A stretch of 64,000 nt of DNA from an uncultured Planctomycetales bacterium. Lineage in GTDB: Bacteria > Omnitrophota > Gorgyraeia > Gygaellales > Profunditerraquicolaceae. The stretch lies in contig CAZAPM010000006.1 in NCBI GenBank assembly GCA_964487475.1, positions 21,702 to 85,701 of the forward strand. Reading direction: 5' to 3'. The notes under the pieces are model-generated. The model ran no database searches and was not told where the DNA came from. It saw nothing but the letters and a program-made list of their open reading frames with translations. Below are positions 8,438 to 17,862 of the stretch, one piece after another. Position 1 is the stretch's first letter, and the number at the start of each line of letters is the position of its first letter. A program made the translations under genes and the position numbers.

Positions 8438-10186
8438 CTACTTCGCGTATACCGGACGGGCCTTATATTTCGTGTGCAGAAGCTTCTCGGATTTTTCTCC
8501 CAGAGGCTTGCCCAGGAATTCCTTGTACAGCTGCTGGATGTACGGATTCTCATGCGAACATCGCAGCTTGTGGTCCTTATCGTCCTGATAGATTCCCTTG
8601 GCCCGCAGGATGCGCAGCTCATCCGTCACACCGTACGGCTGGCCGCCTCCGCCTACACAGCCGCCCAGGCAGGCCATGACCTCCACGAAATGGAACGCCG
8701 GCTCCTTGCCCGCCTTCTCCGAATCGCGGATCATCTGCAGCACTTCCTCCACATGGCTTAACCCGTGGGCCACGGCAATGCGCAGCTTCTTGCCCGGGGC
8801 CACCTCGATCTCCGCGGTCTTGACGCCCTTTAAGCCCCGCACATCCTCCAGATCGATCCTGCCCAGATTCTTGCCGTTGACGAAATAGTACGCGGTACGG
8901 ACCGCCGCTTCCATGACGCCGCCCGTAGCCCCGAAAATGACGCCCGCTCCGGTGTAATCGCCGAGTATGGAATCCGGTTCCTCATCCGGCAAATTGACGA
9001 AGTCCACGCCCGCCTGCTTGATCATGCGCGCAAGTTCCCGGGTGGTCAGGGCTACGTCCACATCCTGCAGCCCGGAGGCATACATCTCTTCGGAACGGAT
9101 GATCTCGTTCTTCTTGGCGGTGCAGGGCATGATGGAGACCATGAAGATCTTCTTCGGGTCGATCCCCGTCTTTTGCGCATAATACGTCTTGGAAAGCACC
9201 CCCACCATCTCGTGCGGGGATTTGCAGGAGGAAAAATGATCGATCATATCCGGATGGAACTTCTCCATGAAATCCACCCACCCCGGACAGCAGGAAGTGA
9301 TCAGGGGGAGAGAACCCTTGCCGTGGGCATAGCGCTCCACGAACTCGCTGGCCTCCTCCATGATGGTCAGATCCGCGCCGAAGTTGGTATCGAACACCGC
9401 CTTGAAACCCAAACGCCGCAGCAACGCGTACAGCCGTTTGGTCATGTTGGTACCGATGGGAAGCCCGAACGCCTCGCCTATCGCCACACGGACCGCCGGA
9501 GCGATCTGCACCACGCAGTACTTCTCCGCATCCTGCAAGGATTCCCACACCTGCGCGGTCTGGTCCTGCTCGACGATCGCCCCCGTCGGGCAATGATTGG
9601 AACATTGGCCGCAGCGGATACAGGGCGAATCCGCAAGCTGGATGTCTCCGGCAGGCGAGATCCTGGTGCAGAAACCGCGCTCGAGGAATGAAAGCGCCCA
9701 GACGTTCTGCATCTCCTGACAGACCTTCACGCACCGGCCGCAGCGGATGCACTTCTGCGCATCCAGCACGATGGTGCGGGTGGAATCGTCCTTCGGCACA
9801 TCGGGAAGGAACTTATCGAAAGGCTCCTGCCGGATGGCGAAATCCGCCACCAGACGCTGCAGCTCGCAATCGTTATTGCGACCGCACTGCAGGCAATCGT
9901 TGGGATGATTGGAAAGGATGAGCTCGACCACGGTGCGGCGCACCGCCACGATCTCCGGGTCATGGGTGATGATATCCATCCCGTTCTCCAGCGGAGTCGA
10001 ACAGGCCCGCAGCATCTTCGGGGTGCCCTTGATCTTGACGATGCACAGCCCGCAGCCCGCTCCCGGAGGAAGGTCGGGATGCTTGCATAAAGTAGGGATA
10101 TTGATCTGCACCTTCTTGGCGGCGTCGAGGATCGTCGTTCCTTCCTTCACCTCGATGGGAAATCCGTTTATTTTCGCACTGATCAT
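8438..10186 (-). CDS. hydA: [FeFe]-hydrogenase catalytic subunit HydA (M3 type, without C-terminal thioredoxin-like domain)
   Basis: H-cluster motifs TSCCPGW, MPCTAKKNE and EVMACLGGCVGGGGQP. N-terminal 2Fe-2S and 4Fe-4S ferredoxin domains. Start at the ATG at 10186 with an AAGGAG RBS. Confidence 0.9.
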   Translation of the reverse strand: MISAKINGFPIEVKEGTTILDAAKKVQINIPTLCKHPDLPPGAGCGLCIVKIKGTPKMLRACSTPLENGMDIITHDPEIVAVRRTVVELILSNHPNDCLQCGRNNDCELQRLVADFAIRQEPFDKFLPDVPKDDSTRTIVLDAQKCIRCGRCVKVCQEMQNVWALSFLERGFCTRISPAGDIQLADSPCIRCGQCSNHCPTGAIVEQDQTAQVWESLQDAEKYCVVQIAPAVRVAIGEAFGLPIGTNMTKRLYALLRRLGFKAVFDTNFGADLTIMEEASEFVERYAHGKGSLPLITSCCPGWVDFMEKFHPDMIDHFSSCKSPHEMVGVLSKTYYAQKTGIDPKKIFMVSIMPCTAKKNEIIRSEEMYASGLQDVDVALTTRELARMIKQAGVDFVNLPDEEPDSILGDYTGAGVIFGATGGVMEAAVRTAYYFVNGKNLGRIDLEDVRGLKGVKTAEIEVAPGKKLRIAVAHGLSHVEEVLQMIRDSEKAGKEPAFHFVEVMACLGGCVGGGGQPYGVTDELRILRAKGIYQDDKDHKLRCSHENPYIQQLYKEFLGKPLGEKSEKLLHTKYKARPVYAK

Positions 10187-10188
10187 GG

Positions 10189-11931
10189 CTACTCCTTGGA
10201 GATGGCGCCGAATTTGCACACTTCAAAACACTTGCCGCATTTGACGCACTTATCCTGGTGCAGGGTAAAACCCTGCTCCTTGTCGCCGGTAATGGCGCCC
10301 ACGGGACAGTTGATCACGCAGACGCGGCAGCGCTTGCATTTATCCTGGATGATGTCGTAATTGATGAGATTCCGGCACTTATGCGAACGGCATTTCTTAT
10401 GCACGATATGGTCCATGAACTCCTGCTCGAAATACTTCAGGGTGGAGACCACCGGATTGGCGGCGGTCTGCCCGAGCGCGCACAGGGATGCTTTCTGCAT
10501 AGCCAGGGCGATCTGCTTCAGTTTGGCGATGTCTGAAAGCAGCCCTTTTCCCTCGCTGATCCGGTTCAGGATCCCCAGCATCTGGTAGCCGCCGATGCGG
10601 CAGGGCACGCACTTTCCGCAGGACTCGTCCACGCAGAACCCTAAATAGAATTTGGCGATATCCACCATGCAGTCGTCCTCGTCCATGACGATCATACCGC
10701 CGGATCCCATGATGGAGCCGAGTTTCGAGAGATTGTCGTAATCGATGGGCGTATCCAGGTACTCCTTGGGGATGACGCCACCGGAAGGCCCGCCGGTCTG
10801 CACCGCCTTGATGGCCTTGCCGGAATACATGCCGCCTCCGATATCGAAGACGATCTCGCGCAGGGTGGTGCCCATGGGCACTTCCACCAGCCCGGAGTTC
10901 TTGACCTTGCCCGTGAGCGCAAAGACCTTGGTGCCCTTGGATTTCTCGGTGCCGATGGCGCCGTACCAGGCCCCGCCCCGGACCATGATCTCGGGGATGT
11001 TGGCGAGCGTCTCCACGTTATTGATCGCGGTCGGTTTCTCCCAGAGTCCGGACACCGACGGATACGGAGGACGGGGACGCGGCGTGCCGCGTTTCCCCTC
11101 GATGGAAGCGATCAGCGCGGTTTCCTCTCCGCAGACGAACGCGCCCGCTCCCAGGCGGATATCCAGGTCGTAGCTGAAATCGCTCCCCAGGATATTCTTT
11201 CCCAGCAGCCCCAGCTCATAGGCCTGGGCAATGGCCTTTTCCACGCGCTTGACCGCCAGAGGATACTCCGCGCGGATATAGAAGAAACCCTTTGAGGCTC
11301 CGATGGTATAGCCGGCGATGATCATGCCTTCCAGCACCGAATGGGGGTCCCCTTCCAGCACTCCGCGGTCCATGTACGCCCCCGGGTCCCCCTCGTCGGC
11401 GTTACAGATCATGTATTTCTGATCTCCCTTGGATTCGCGGGTCAGCTTCCACTTCATCCAGGTCGGGAATCCCGCGCCGCCCCGGCCGCGCAGCCCGCTC
11501 TTTTTCATCTCCTCGATCACCGCTTCCGGTGTCATCTCCGTCAAAACCTTCTTCAGGCCCTGATACCCTCCCTGGCCGATATATTCCTCGATCGACTCCG
11601 GATCGACCTTGCCGCAGTTGCGCAGCACGATGCGCATCTGCTTGGGCTCCTGGGTGAACGCCAGGTCCGAAAGCACCTTGCCGTCCTTTAAGGTCTCGTC
11701 CACGATCCGGTTGATATCGGACTCGCGCACGTTGGTATAGACGATGCCGTCGGGCACGATCTTGATCACCACCCCCTGGCTGTAGATGCCGATATCCGCC
11801 ACCCGCACCACCTGCACGGACTCCTCGAGCTTATCCTCCCGGATGCGGTTGGAGAAAAGCGTGTAGAAATCGTGGGTGGAGTCCTGGGTCAGGCCTTCCG
11901 AATCCTTCAACAGTACGATCTTCTTATCCAT
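10189..11931 (-). CDS. hydB: NADH-binding subunit HydB (NuoF-like, C-terminal 2x[4Fe-4S])
   Basis: GGAGFPTW and NADH/FMN-site motifs, soluble-ligand-binding and NuoF 4Fe-4S region, C-terminal CxxCxxCxxxCP x2. The N-terminal about 100 aa contains no cysteines. Confidence 0.85.
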   Translation of the reverse strand: MDKKIVLLKDSEGLTQDSTHDFYTLFSNRIREDKLEESVQVVRVADIGIYSQGVVIKIVPDGIVYTNVRESDINRIVDETLKDGKVLSDLAFTQEPKQMRIVLRNCGKVDPESIEEYIGQGGYQGLKKVLTEMTPEAVIEEMKKSGLRGRGGAGFPTWMKWKLTRESKGDQKYMICNADEGDPGAYMDRGVLEGDPHSVLEGMIIAGYTIGASKGFFYIRAEYPLAVKRVEKAIAQAYELGLLGKNILGSDFSYDLDIRLGAGAFVCGEETALIASIEGKRGTPRPRPPYPSVSGLWEKPTAINNVETLANIPEIMVRGGAWYGAIGTEKSKGTKVFALTGKVKNSGLVEVPMGTTLREIVFDIGGGMYSGKAIKAVQTGGPSGGVIPKEYLDTPIDYDNLSKLGSIMGSGGMIVMDEDDCMVDIAKFYLGFCVDESCGKCVPCRIGGYQMLGILNRISEGKGLLSDIAKLKQIALAMQKASLCALGQTAANPVVSTLKYFEQEFMDHIVHKKCRSHKCRNLINYDIIQDKCKRCRVCVINCPVGAITGDKEQGFTLHQDKCVKCGKCFEVCKFGAISKE

Positions 11932-11949
11932 GCGGCTTCACCTTATCTA

Positions 11950-12300
11950 TTATTTGCTGCGCAGTTCGTAGATGCTATCCTTAACCAGGACGTTGGAGCA
12001 GACATGCTTCTCCATGATCTTGGCCGCGATCTCCTTGTTCACCTTCCCGTAGAGCACCGCCGGAAGGCCCTCGGTCTTGACCTCCACCATCGGCTCGGCA
12101 TAACACATCCCCTGGCAGCCGCAGCGCTTGATCTCGATGGCGCAATTGCGCTTCTTGGCTTCCTCCTGCAGGGTGGCGAACACCACATCCGCGCCCGCGG
12201 CGATCCCGCAGGTGCTCATCCCCACTTTGATCCACGCCGACGGTTCGGCGGAAAGGTCCTTGCGCATCGCTTCCAGGCCGTTCTTATCGAGCTTCGCCAT
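11950..12300 (-). CDS. Thioredoxin-like [2Fe-2S] ferredoxin (stand-alone NuoE-like domain)
   Basis: 116 aa with a CGIAAG ... CxxxC ... C cysteine pattern. Sits between hydC and hydB. Confidence 0.55.
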   Translation of the reverse strand: MAKLDKNGLEAMRKDLSAEPSAWIKVGMSTCGIAAGADVVFATLQEEAKKRNCAIEIKRCGCQGMCYAEPMVEVKTEGLPAVLYGKVNKEIAAKIMEKHVCSNVLVKDSIYELRSK

Positions 12301-12305
12301 ATCCC

Positions 12306-12788
12306 TTAACCCTCTTTCTTGCTGTTGCCGTACTGCGAAAGGATATCCATCACTTCGCTTTTCTTGACCTTGCCGTAGACCTTATCGTCGATCATGATGA
12401 CCGGAGAAAGTCCGCAGCATCCCAGGCAGCGCACCACGTCGAGCTGGAAAAGCTTGTCCTTGGTGCTCCCCCCCTCCTCCACGTTCAGGATGGTCTTGAT
12501 CTCGTTGAGGATGACCGGGGCTCCCTTGAGGTAGCAGGCGGTCCCCATGCACACCGCGATCTTATGCTTGCCCGGAGCCTCCAGCTTGAAAAAATTATAG
12601 AAGGTGATGACCTCGTAGATGCGCGCCAGCGGCACGCCGAGTATCTTGGAGAGCTCCAGCGCTGCCGGCCGGGGCACATACCCGTAATGATTCTGCAGCT
12701 CGTGCAGGATCATGATCAGGTTGCCCTGCTTGTCCTTCCACTTGCTGGCCAGTAAGGCGATCTCTTGCTTTACTTCCTGCGGATCCAT
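12306..12788 (-). CDS. hydC: NuoE-like 24 kDa subunit HydC
   Basis: Thioredoxin-like 2Fe-2S motifs (CMGTACYLKG ... CLGCCGLSP). Start moved to the internal ATG (MDPQEVKQ) behind an AGGAG RBS. The TTG-initiated extension in the track was rejected. Confidence 0.75.
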   Translation of the reverse strand: MDPQEVKQEIALLASKWKDKQGNLIMILHELQNHYGYVPRPAALELSKILGVPLARIYEVITFYNFFKLEAPGKHKIAVCMGTACYLKGAPVILNEIKTILNVEEGGSTKDKLFQLDVVRCLGCCGLSPVIMIDDKVYGKVKKSEVMDILSQYGNSKKEG

Positions 12789-12829
12789 AGGTTTCGCTCC
12801 TGTAAAAATTTCGGGGGACTTCGTTACTT

Positions 12830-12847
12830 TGTGAAAACTATCACAAA
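12830..12847 (-). promoter_or_regulatory. Rex operator (TTGTGAA-N4-ATCACAA) in the hydC-fdx-hydB-hydA leader
   Basis: TTGTGAAAACTATCACAA read directly, with one mismatch to TTGTGAAnnnnTTCACAA. Lies just downstream of the -10. Confidence 0.55.
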
Positions 12848-12877
12848 TCGGCGATAAAAAAAATAATAGTGCAGTTA

Positions 12878-12906
12878 TACTACCTTTCTTCCGGTTCCCT
12901 GTCAAG
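12878..12906 (-). promoter_or_regulatory. Sigma70-type promoter of the hydCBA operon
   Basis: Minus-strand TTGACA - 17 bp - TAGTAT. Confidence 0.5.
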
Positions 12907-12929
12907 GGAAATCTCCCCGGACCGGGGCT

Positions 12930-14186
12930 TCAAATCACCGTGCCGGAAGGGATTACCGTATCTTTGGGGATGATGATGATCCCGTGCCTCGCCACGCAGA
13001 ACTCGTTCTCGAACTCATCCAAGCCCTTCTTATTGGTGATCTTGACGTTATCCCCGATGCGGCAGTTCTTATCCACGATCACCTTGGAGAGATGGCAGTT
13101 GCGGCCGATACCCAACGGCGGCTGTTGGGCCGCGCCGTGCCTGGCCGCGTACGCCTCCGCCGGGTCATAATAATCGTTTCCCATGAGGATGGAGTCCTCG
13201 ACCACGGAATCCGCGCCGATACGCGCGCGCAAGCCGACGATGGAATGCGTGATGCGCGACTTGTCGATCATGGCACCCTCCGCGATGATGGAGCGCTCGA
13301 TGCGGCTCTCCGCGATCTTGGAAAGGGGCAGGAAGCGCGAACGGGTGAAGAACTGCCAGTTCTCGTCATAAAAATCCAGGGGCGGCTGCGCGTCCGTAAA
13401 CGCCAGGTTCTCCTCGTAGAAGGACTCGATCGACCCGATATCCTTCCAGTACCCCTCGTGCAGGAAGGCGAAGGTCTTGGCCCGGACTAAAGCGTCGGGA
13501 ATGATCTCCTTGCCGAAATCCACCTTATGCTGGTCTAAAAGCAGCTGGGCCAGAACGTCTTTGTTGAAAAGGTAAATGCCGGTAGAGGCCAGGAACTTCT
13601 CTTTACCCCCCACCTCGATCTCCATCCCTTCGATCTCCTCGCTCTTTTTGGGCTTCTCGATGAAGGTGCGGATACGGCTGGTCTTGTCGATCCCCATGAT
13701 CCCCAGTTCCGGAGTCTCCTTGCGGTCGACGGGATTGCAGGCGACCGTGATCTCCGACTTCTTCTCGATGTGGAAATTGAACAGGGCGCTGAAATCCATG
13801 CGGTAGAGCTGGTCGCCGGAGAGGATCAGCAGGTACTTGATGCGGGGGTCGCCCAAATGCCGGAAGCATTTGCGCACGGCATCCGCGGAACCCTGGAACC
13901 AGTCCGCATGCTCCATGGACTGGGACGCGGCCAGGATCTCGATGAACCCTTCGGAGAAGGAGTCGAGCTTGTACGCCCGGGTGATGTGCCGGTTCAGCGA
14001 TGCGGAGTTGAATTGCGTCAGGATGACGATCTTCTTGATGCCGGAGTTGATGCAGTTGCTGATAGGGACGTCGACCAGGCGGTACTTCCCGAAGATGGGG
14101 ACCGCGGGTTTGGCGCGGTACTTGGTGAGGGGATAAAGCCGGGTGCCCCGCCCTCCCCCTAAGATCACGCACAGGACGTCTTTCAT
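12930..14186 (-). CDS. glgC: Glucose-1-phosphate adenylyltransferase
   Basis: N-terminus MKDVLCVILGGGRGTRLYPLTKYRAKPAVPIFGKYRLVD and a left-handed beta-helix C-terminus. Confidence 0.9.
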   Translation of the reverse strand: MKDVLCVILGGGRGTRLYPLTKYRAKPAVPIFGKYRLVDVPISNCINSGIKKIVILTQFNSASLNRHITRAYKLDSFSEGFIEILAASQSMEHADWFQGSADAVRKCFRHLGDPRIKYLLILSGDQLYRMDFSALFNFHIEKKSEITVACNPVDRKETPELGIMGIDKTSRIRTFIEKPKKSEEIEGMEIEVGGKEKFLASTGIYLFNKDVLAQLLLDQHKVDFGKEIIPDALVRAKTFAFLHEGYWKDIGSIESFYEENLAFTDAQPPLDFYDENWQFFTRSRFLPLSKIAESRIERSIIAEGAMIDKSRITHSIVGLRARIGADSVVEDSILMGNDYYDPAEAYAARHGAAQQPPLGIGRNCHLSKVIVDKNCRIGDNVKITNKKGLDEFENEFCVARHGIIIIPKDTVIPSGTVI

Positions 14187-14190
14187 CTGC

Positions 14191-14643
14191 TTACGCGCCT
14201 CCGGAGAGCACCTGGCGCACCAGATCGCTGACGGTTTTCCCGTCGGCGCGGCCCTGCACCTTGGCGTTGACCTCTTTCATCACTTTCCCCATATCGCGCG
14301 GCCCGATGGCGCCGGTTGAGGCGACCGCCTCCTTGACCAGCGCGCGCAGCTCCTCCTCGCCCATCTCCGGAGGAAGATACGCCTTAAGCACCTCCAGCTC
14401 CCGGGCCTCCTTCTGCGCGAGCTCCGGGCGCTCCCCCTTGGTAAAGGCCTCGATGGAATCCTGGCGCTGCTTGATCTGCTTCTTGATCACCGGGATGACG
14501 TCGGCATCATCGAGCGCCTTGACGTTCTTGGCGGTAGATACGTATTTAAGCTCCGCGCGCAGAAAGCTCAGGACCGAGCTCTTCAGCGAATCCTTGGCCT
14601 TCATGGCCTCCATATAATCCTTGAGCACTTTCTCTTCCAGCAT
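14191..14643 (-). CDS. GatB/YqeY domain protein
   Basis: 150 aa with a YqeY-like pattern. Confidence 0.7.
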   Translation of the reverse strand: MLEEKVLKDYMEAMKAKDSLKSSVLSFLRAELKYVSTAKNVKALDDADVIPVIKKQIKQRQDSIEAFTKGERPELAQKEARELEVLKAYLPPEMGEEELRALVKEAVASTGAIGPRDMGKVMKEVNAKVQGRADGKTVSDLVRQVLSGGA

Positions 14644-14655
14644 GACAGCCTCCCT

Positions 14656-15555
14656 CTAGAACATAAAGCACTTTTTGTACTCCGCCAGCCGCTGCGTGAC
14701 CTGCCGCAGGGTAAGCTGACTGGTACGCTCCGTGCCGAACCCTTCGACGTTGAATGACGCGCACACCGTGCCGTAGGCCAGCGCCTTCTTGATCGACGAG
14801 GAACTGATGGTCCGCTGCGCCGCCAGATACCCCATGAACCCTCCGGCAAAGGTATCACCCGCGCCGGTAGGGTCGACCACCGAGCCGGTCGGATACGCCG
14901 GCAGGGCGAAGAAAAAATCCCCGAGGGAGAACATCACCCCGTGCTCCCCCTTCTTGATCAGCACCATTTTCGGCCCCTTGGCCGCCAGCGCCCTGGCCGC
15001 GCAGATCAGGTTGCTTTCCCCGGTCAGATCGCGGGCTTCCTGGTCATTGGCCACGAATATATCCACCTGCTTCAAAACCTTAAGCAGCGCCTTTTTCTTG
15101 GTATTGATCCAGTAATTCATGCTGTCCAGACCGACAAGCCTCGGCCGGCGCATCTCGTGCAAAAGCTTCTCCTGGATCTCCGGATCGACGTTGGCCAGGA
15201 ACAGATGCCTTATTCCGCGCTGCGTCGCCGCGATCCTGGGGCGGAAGGCCGCCAGCACGCCCAGTTCCGTACGCAGGGTACGCGCGCTGTTAAGGTCCCC
15301 GTGGTACTCCCCGGCCCAGGCAAAGGTCTTGCCCTCTCCCTTGATCAGGGAAGTAAGCCCCACCCCCCGGCTTTTCAGGAAATTGATGTGCTTCTGCGGA
15401 AAATCCTCGCCGATGATCGCCACCAGGTCCACGCCGGTAAAGAGCCGGGCGGACATGGAAAAATGCACTGCCGAGCCCCCGAGCATCTGCTCCCGTTTCC
15501 CGAAAGGGGTTTTCACCGAATCCAGCGCGACGGTCCCCAACACCACGATACCCAT
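14656..15555 (-). CDS. PfkB-family carbohydrate kinase
   Basis: Ribokinase-family motifs (DPTGAGDTFAGG). Start at the ATG at 15555 behind a GAGGTGA RBS. The upstream 150 aa of the track ORF is not coding-like. Confidence 0.75.
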   Translation of the reverse strand: MGIVVLGTVALDSVKTPFGKREQMLGGSAVHFSMSARLFTGVDLVAIIGEDFPQKHINFLKSRGVGLTSLIKGEGKTFAWAGEYHGDLNSARTLRTELGVLAAFRPRIAATQRGIRHLFLANVDPEIQEKLLHEMRRPRLVGLDSMNYWINTKKKALLKVLKQVDIFVANDQEARDLTGESNLICAARALAAKGPKMVLIKKGEHGVMFSLGDFFFALPAYPTGSVVDPTGAGDTFAGGFMGYLAAQRTISSSSIKKALAYGTVCASFNVEGFGTERTSQLTLRQVTQRLAEYKKCFMF

Positions 15556-15557
15556 AC

Positions 15558-16301
15558 TCACCTCACGAATAATAAGGTCGCCGCAGCCGCGGCCAGACAG
15601 TAATACCCGAAAAGATAGAACACCTTCCGCTGCATGATCCTCTTCAACAGGATCAGCGCGCACCACCCCGAAAAAAAGCTCGCCACGAAACCCGCGGCCA
15701 GCTGCCAGGGACTGGCGGAGATCGCCGCGCCGATATCTTTGGCGTCCAGCAGCGCCGCTCCCAGGATCGCAGGGATGGAGGCGATGAAAGAGAACGCAAA
15801 GGCGGCTTTCCTTTCCGCGCCGCGGAACAAAAGCGAAGCGATGGTAAACCCGGAACGGGAGATGCTGGGAACGACCGCCAGCCCCTGCGCAACGCCCATC
15901 ACCGCAGCGTCGGTACGGGTAAGTTTCTCCCTGGTGCCGGCCATATAGCCCCTGGTCAGAAGCAGCACGATCCCGGATACCGCCCAGCCGGCGGCCAGCC
16001 ACCATGCGCTGTCATAAATGCTGAGGAAGAATTTTTTACCGCCCACGCCGATCACGCCGGTGATCACCGTCACCAGGCCGATCAGCCCCCACATGCGCGC
16101 ATCCCGCAGCGCCTTCCTGATATCGGGAAAGAAATATATCCCCACTGCCAGCAGGGTGCCTAAGTGCAGCGTGACATCCAGCGCCACATCCATGCTGCTG
16201 ACCCCTAAAAGCTTCTGGAACACTTTCAGGTGGCCGTGGCTGCTTACGGGCAGGAATTCGGTGATCCCCTGCACGACCCCCAGAACGATGTACGCGACCA
16301 T
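15558..16301 (-). CDS. uppP: Undecaprenyl-diphosphatase
   Basis: BacA motifs (QGITEFLPVSSHGH; SRSG). Confidence 0.85.
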   Translation of the reverse strand: MVAYIVLGVVQGITEFLPVSSHGHLKVFQKLLGVSSMDVALDVTLHLGTLLAVGIYFFPDIRKALRDARMWGLIGLVTVITGVIGVGGKKFFLSIYDSAWWLAAGWAVSGIVLLLTRGYMAGTREKLTRTDAAVMGVAQGLAVVPSISRSGFTIASLLFRGAERKAAFAFSFIASIPAILGAALLDAKDIGAAISASPWQLAAGFVASFFSGWCALILLKRIMQRKVFYLFGYYCLAAAAATLLFVR

Positions 16302-16307
16302 GGCAGC

Positions 16308-16934
16308 TTACCGGTGCTCCTGGATGAAAGTTTCCATGTCCTTAGGCAGAGGCGCTTTTGCCGCGACCTCCCCGCCCGTCACAGGATGAGGGAAACTTAT
16401 TTTATATGCATGCAGCATAAGGGATTTCGTCTTGAACGTAAAGTCCCTGCGGAACGCGAACTTGGTGTCCCCCAGCACCGGATGCCCGATCTGGCGGAAA
16501 TGGATCCTGATCTGATTGGTCCTGCCGGTTTCCGGCATTATCTCTACGATATCAAAACCACCGCGTTTTTCAATAACTTTATAGTGGGTAACGGACTTGC
16601 GGCCTTCGATGGGACTGACGACCGTCCCCCGCCGCTCCTGAAGGTTCCCGCTGGTCAGCGCCCAATAGGTCTTCTTCACCAGGCGGGCATGGAAACGCTC
16701 CATCATCCTCTGCTGGGTAGCCTTGCCCTTGGCGAACACGATCGCGCCGGAAGTGTCCCGGTCCAGCCGGTGGCAGGGGTGCAGCCGGTACGTAACCCCC
16801 TTTTCCCTGGCATCGTCGTTAAGGATGCTTTCCAGGGTGCGGGATTCTTTAGCCGGGGTGGGGATGGTCAGCAGGCCGCGCGGCTTGTCGACTATGCAAA
16901 GATGCTCATCCTCGAAAAGCACGGGAATGTTCAT
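16308..16934 (-). CDS. RluA-family pseudouridine synthase
   Basis: HRLD catalytic motif and TSG. Confidence 0.8.
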   Translation of the reverse strand: MNIPVLFEDEHLCIVDKPRGLLTIPTPAKESRTLESILNDDAREKGVTYRLHPCHRLDRDTSGAIVFAKGKATQQRMMERFHARLVKKTYWALTSGNLQERRGTVVSPIEGRKSVTHYKVIEKRGGFDIVEIMPETGRTNQIRIHFRQIGHPVLGDTKFAFRRDFTFKTKSLMLHAYKISFPHPVTGGEVAAKAPLPKDMETFIQEHR

Positions 16935-17855
16935 TTATACGATCTCGAGCATCCGGTCAATGGCGCGCCTGGCCCTAAGGCGGATGTCGGCAGGGACCTT
17001 CACCTCCTCCTTCATCTCCTCCAGAGCCCAGAGCACCTTCTCCTGGGTGGTGCGCTTCATGTTCGGGCACACCGCCGCTTCGGAAGCCGGGTAAAACTCC
17101 TTATCGGGAAAATCCTTCTTCAGCCGGTAGATCAGCCCTGCCTCCGTGCCGATGATGAATTCTTTATCGCGGGAGTCCTTGGCGAACTGCCACATCCCGC
17201 TGGTGGAAAGCACCTCATCCGCCAGCGCCACCACTCCGGAAAGGCATTCGGGGTGCACCAGTACTTTCGCTTTGGGGTGAAAATGTTTCTCCCGGAGGAT
17301 GTCCTCGGGCAGGATCTTAACGTGCGTGGGGCAGAACCCCTTCCAGGTGATGAGCTTGCGGCCGCTTTTCCTGGAAGCATACTCCCCCAGGTATTTATCC
17401 GGCACGAAGATGATCTCCTTGGCGTCCTTCAGGTAATTGATGACCTTCACGGCATTGGTGGAGGTGCAGCAGTAATCCAGTTCGGCTTTGACCTCGGCGG
17501 AGGTATTAACGTATCCGACGGTGACCGCCTGGGGATGCCTGGCCTTAAGCTCGCGCAGGTCCTGCGGGGTGATCATATTGGCCATGGGACAGCCGGCGTG
17601 GATATCCGGGACGAGCACGGTCTTCTCCGGAGAGAGGATCTTGGCGGTCTCGGCCATGAAATGCACTCCGCAGAACACGATGACGTCGGCCTTGGTTTTG
17701 GCAGCGGCCCGGGAAAGCTCCAGGGAATCCCCGCGCAGATCGGCGATATCCTGCACTTCGGGAAGCTGGTAGTTATGCGCCAGGATCACCGCATTGCGCT
17801 GCTTCTTGAGCTCCTTGATCCTCTTGGGGATATCGTCTTTAATCAGGGGTCCCAT
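16935..17855 (-). CDS. nadA: Quinolinate synthase
   Basis: NadA pattern with the ILAHNYQ motif. Confidence 0.9.
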   Translation of the reverse strand: MGPLIKDDIPKRIKELKKQRNAVILAHNYQLPEVQDIADLRGDSLELSRAAAKTKADVIVFCGVHFMAETAKILSPEKTVLVPDIHAGCPMANMITPQDLRELKARHPQAVTVGYVNTSAEVKAELDYCCTSTNAVKVINYLKDAKEIIFVPDKYLGEYASRKSGRKLITWKGFCPTHVKILPEDILREKHFHPKAKVLVHPECLSGVVALADEVLSTSGMWQFAKDSRDKEFIIGTEAGLIYRLKKDFPDKEFYPASEAAVCPNMKRTTQEKVLWALEEMKEEVKVPADIRLRARRAIDRMLEIV

Positions 17856-17862
17856 ATCTTAC

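Noticed and set aside
12789-12905. N-terminal extension of hydC from a non-ATG (TTG) start
   Set aside because: The extension covers the promoter and Rex box. The internal ATG with an AGGAG RBS gives a canonical NuoE-size protein.
14656-16005. 449-aa track ORF as one protein
   Set aside because: The upstream 150 aa run antisense through uppP. A real PfkB kinase starts at the ATG at 15555 with a good RBS.
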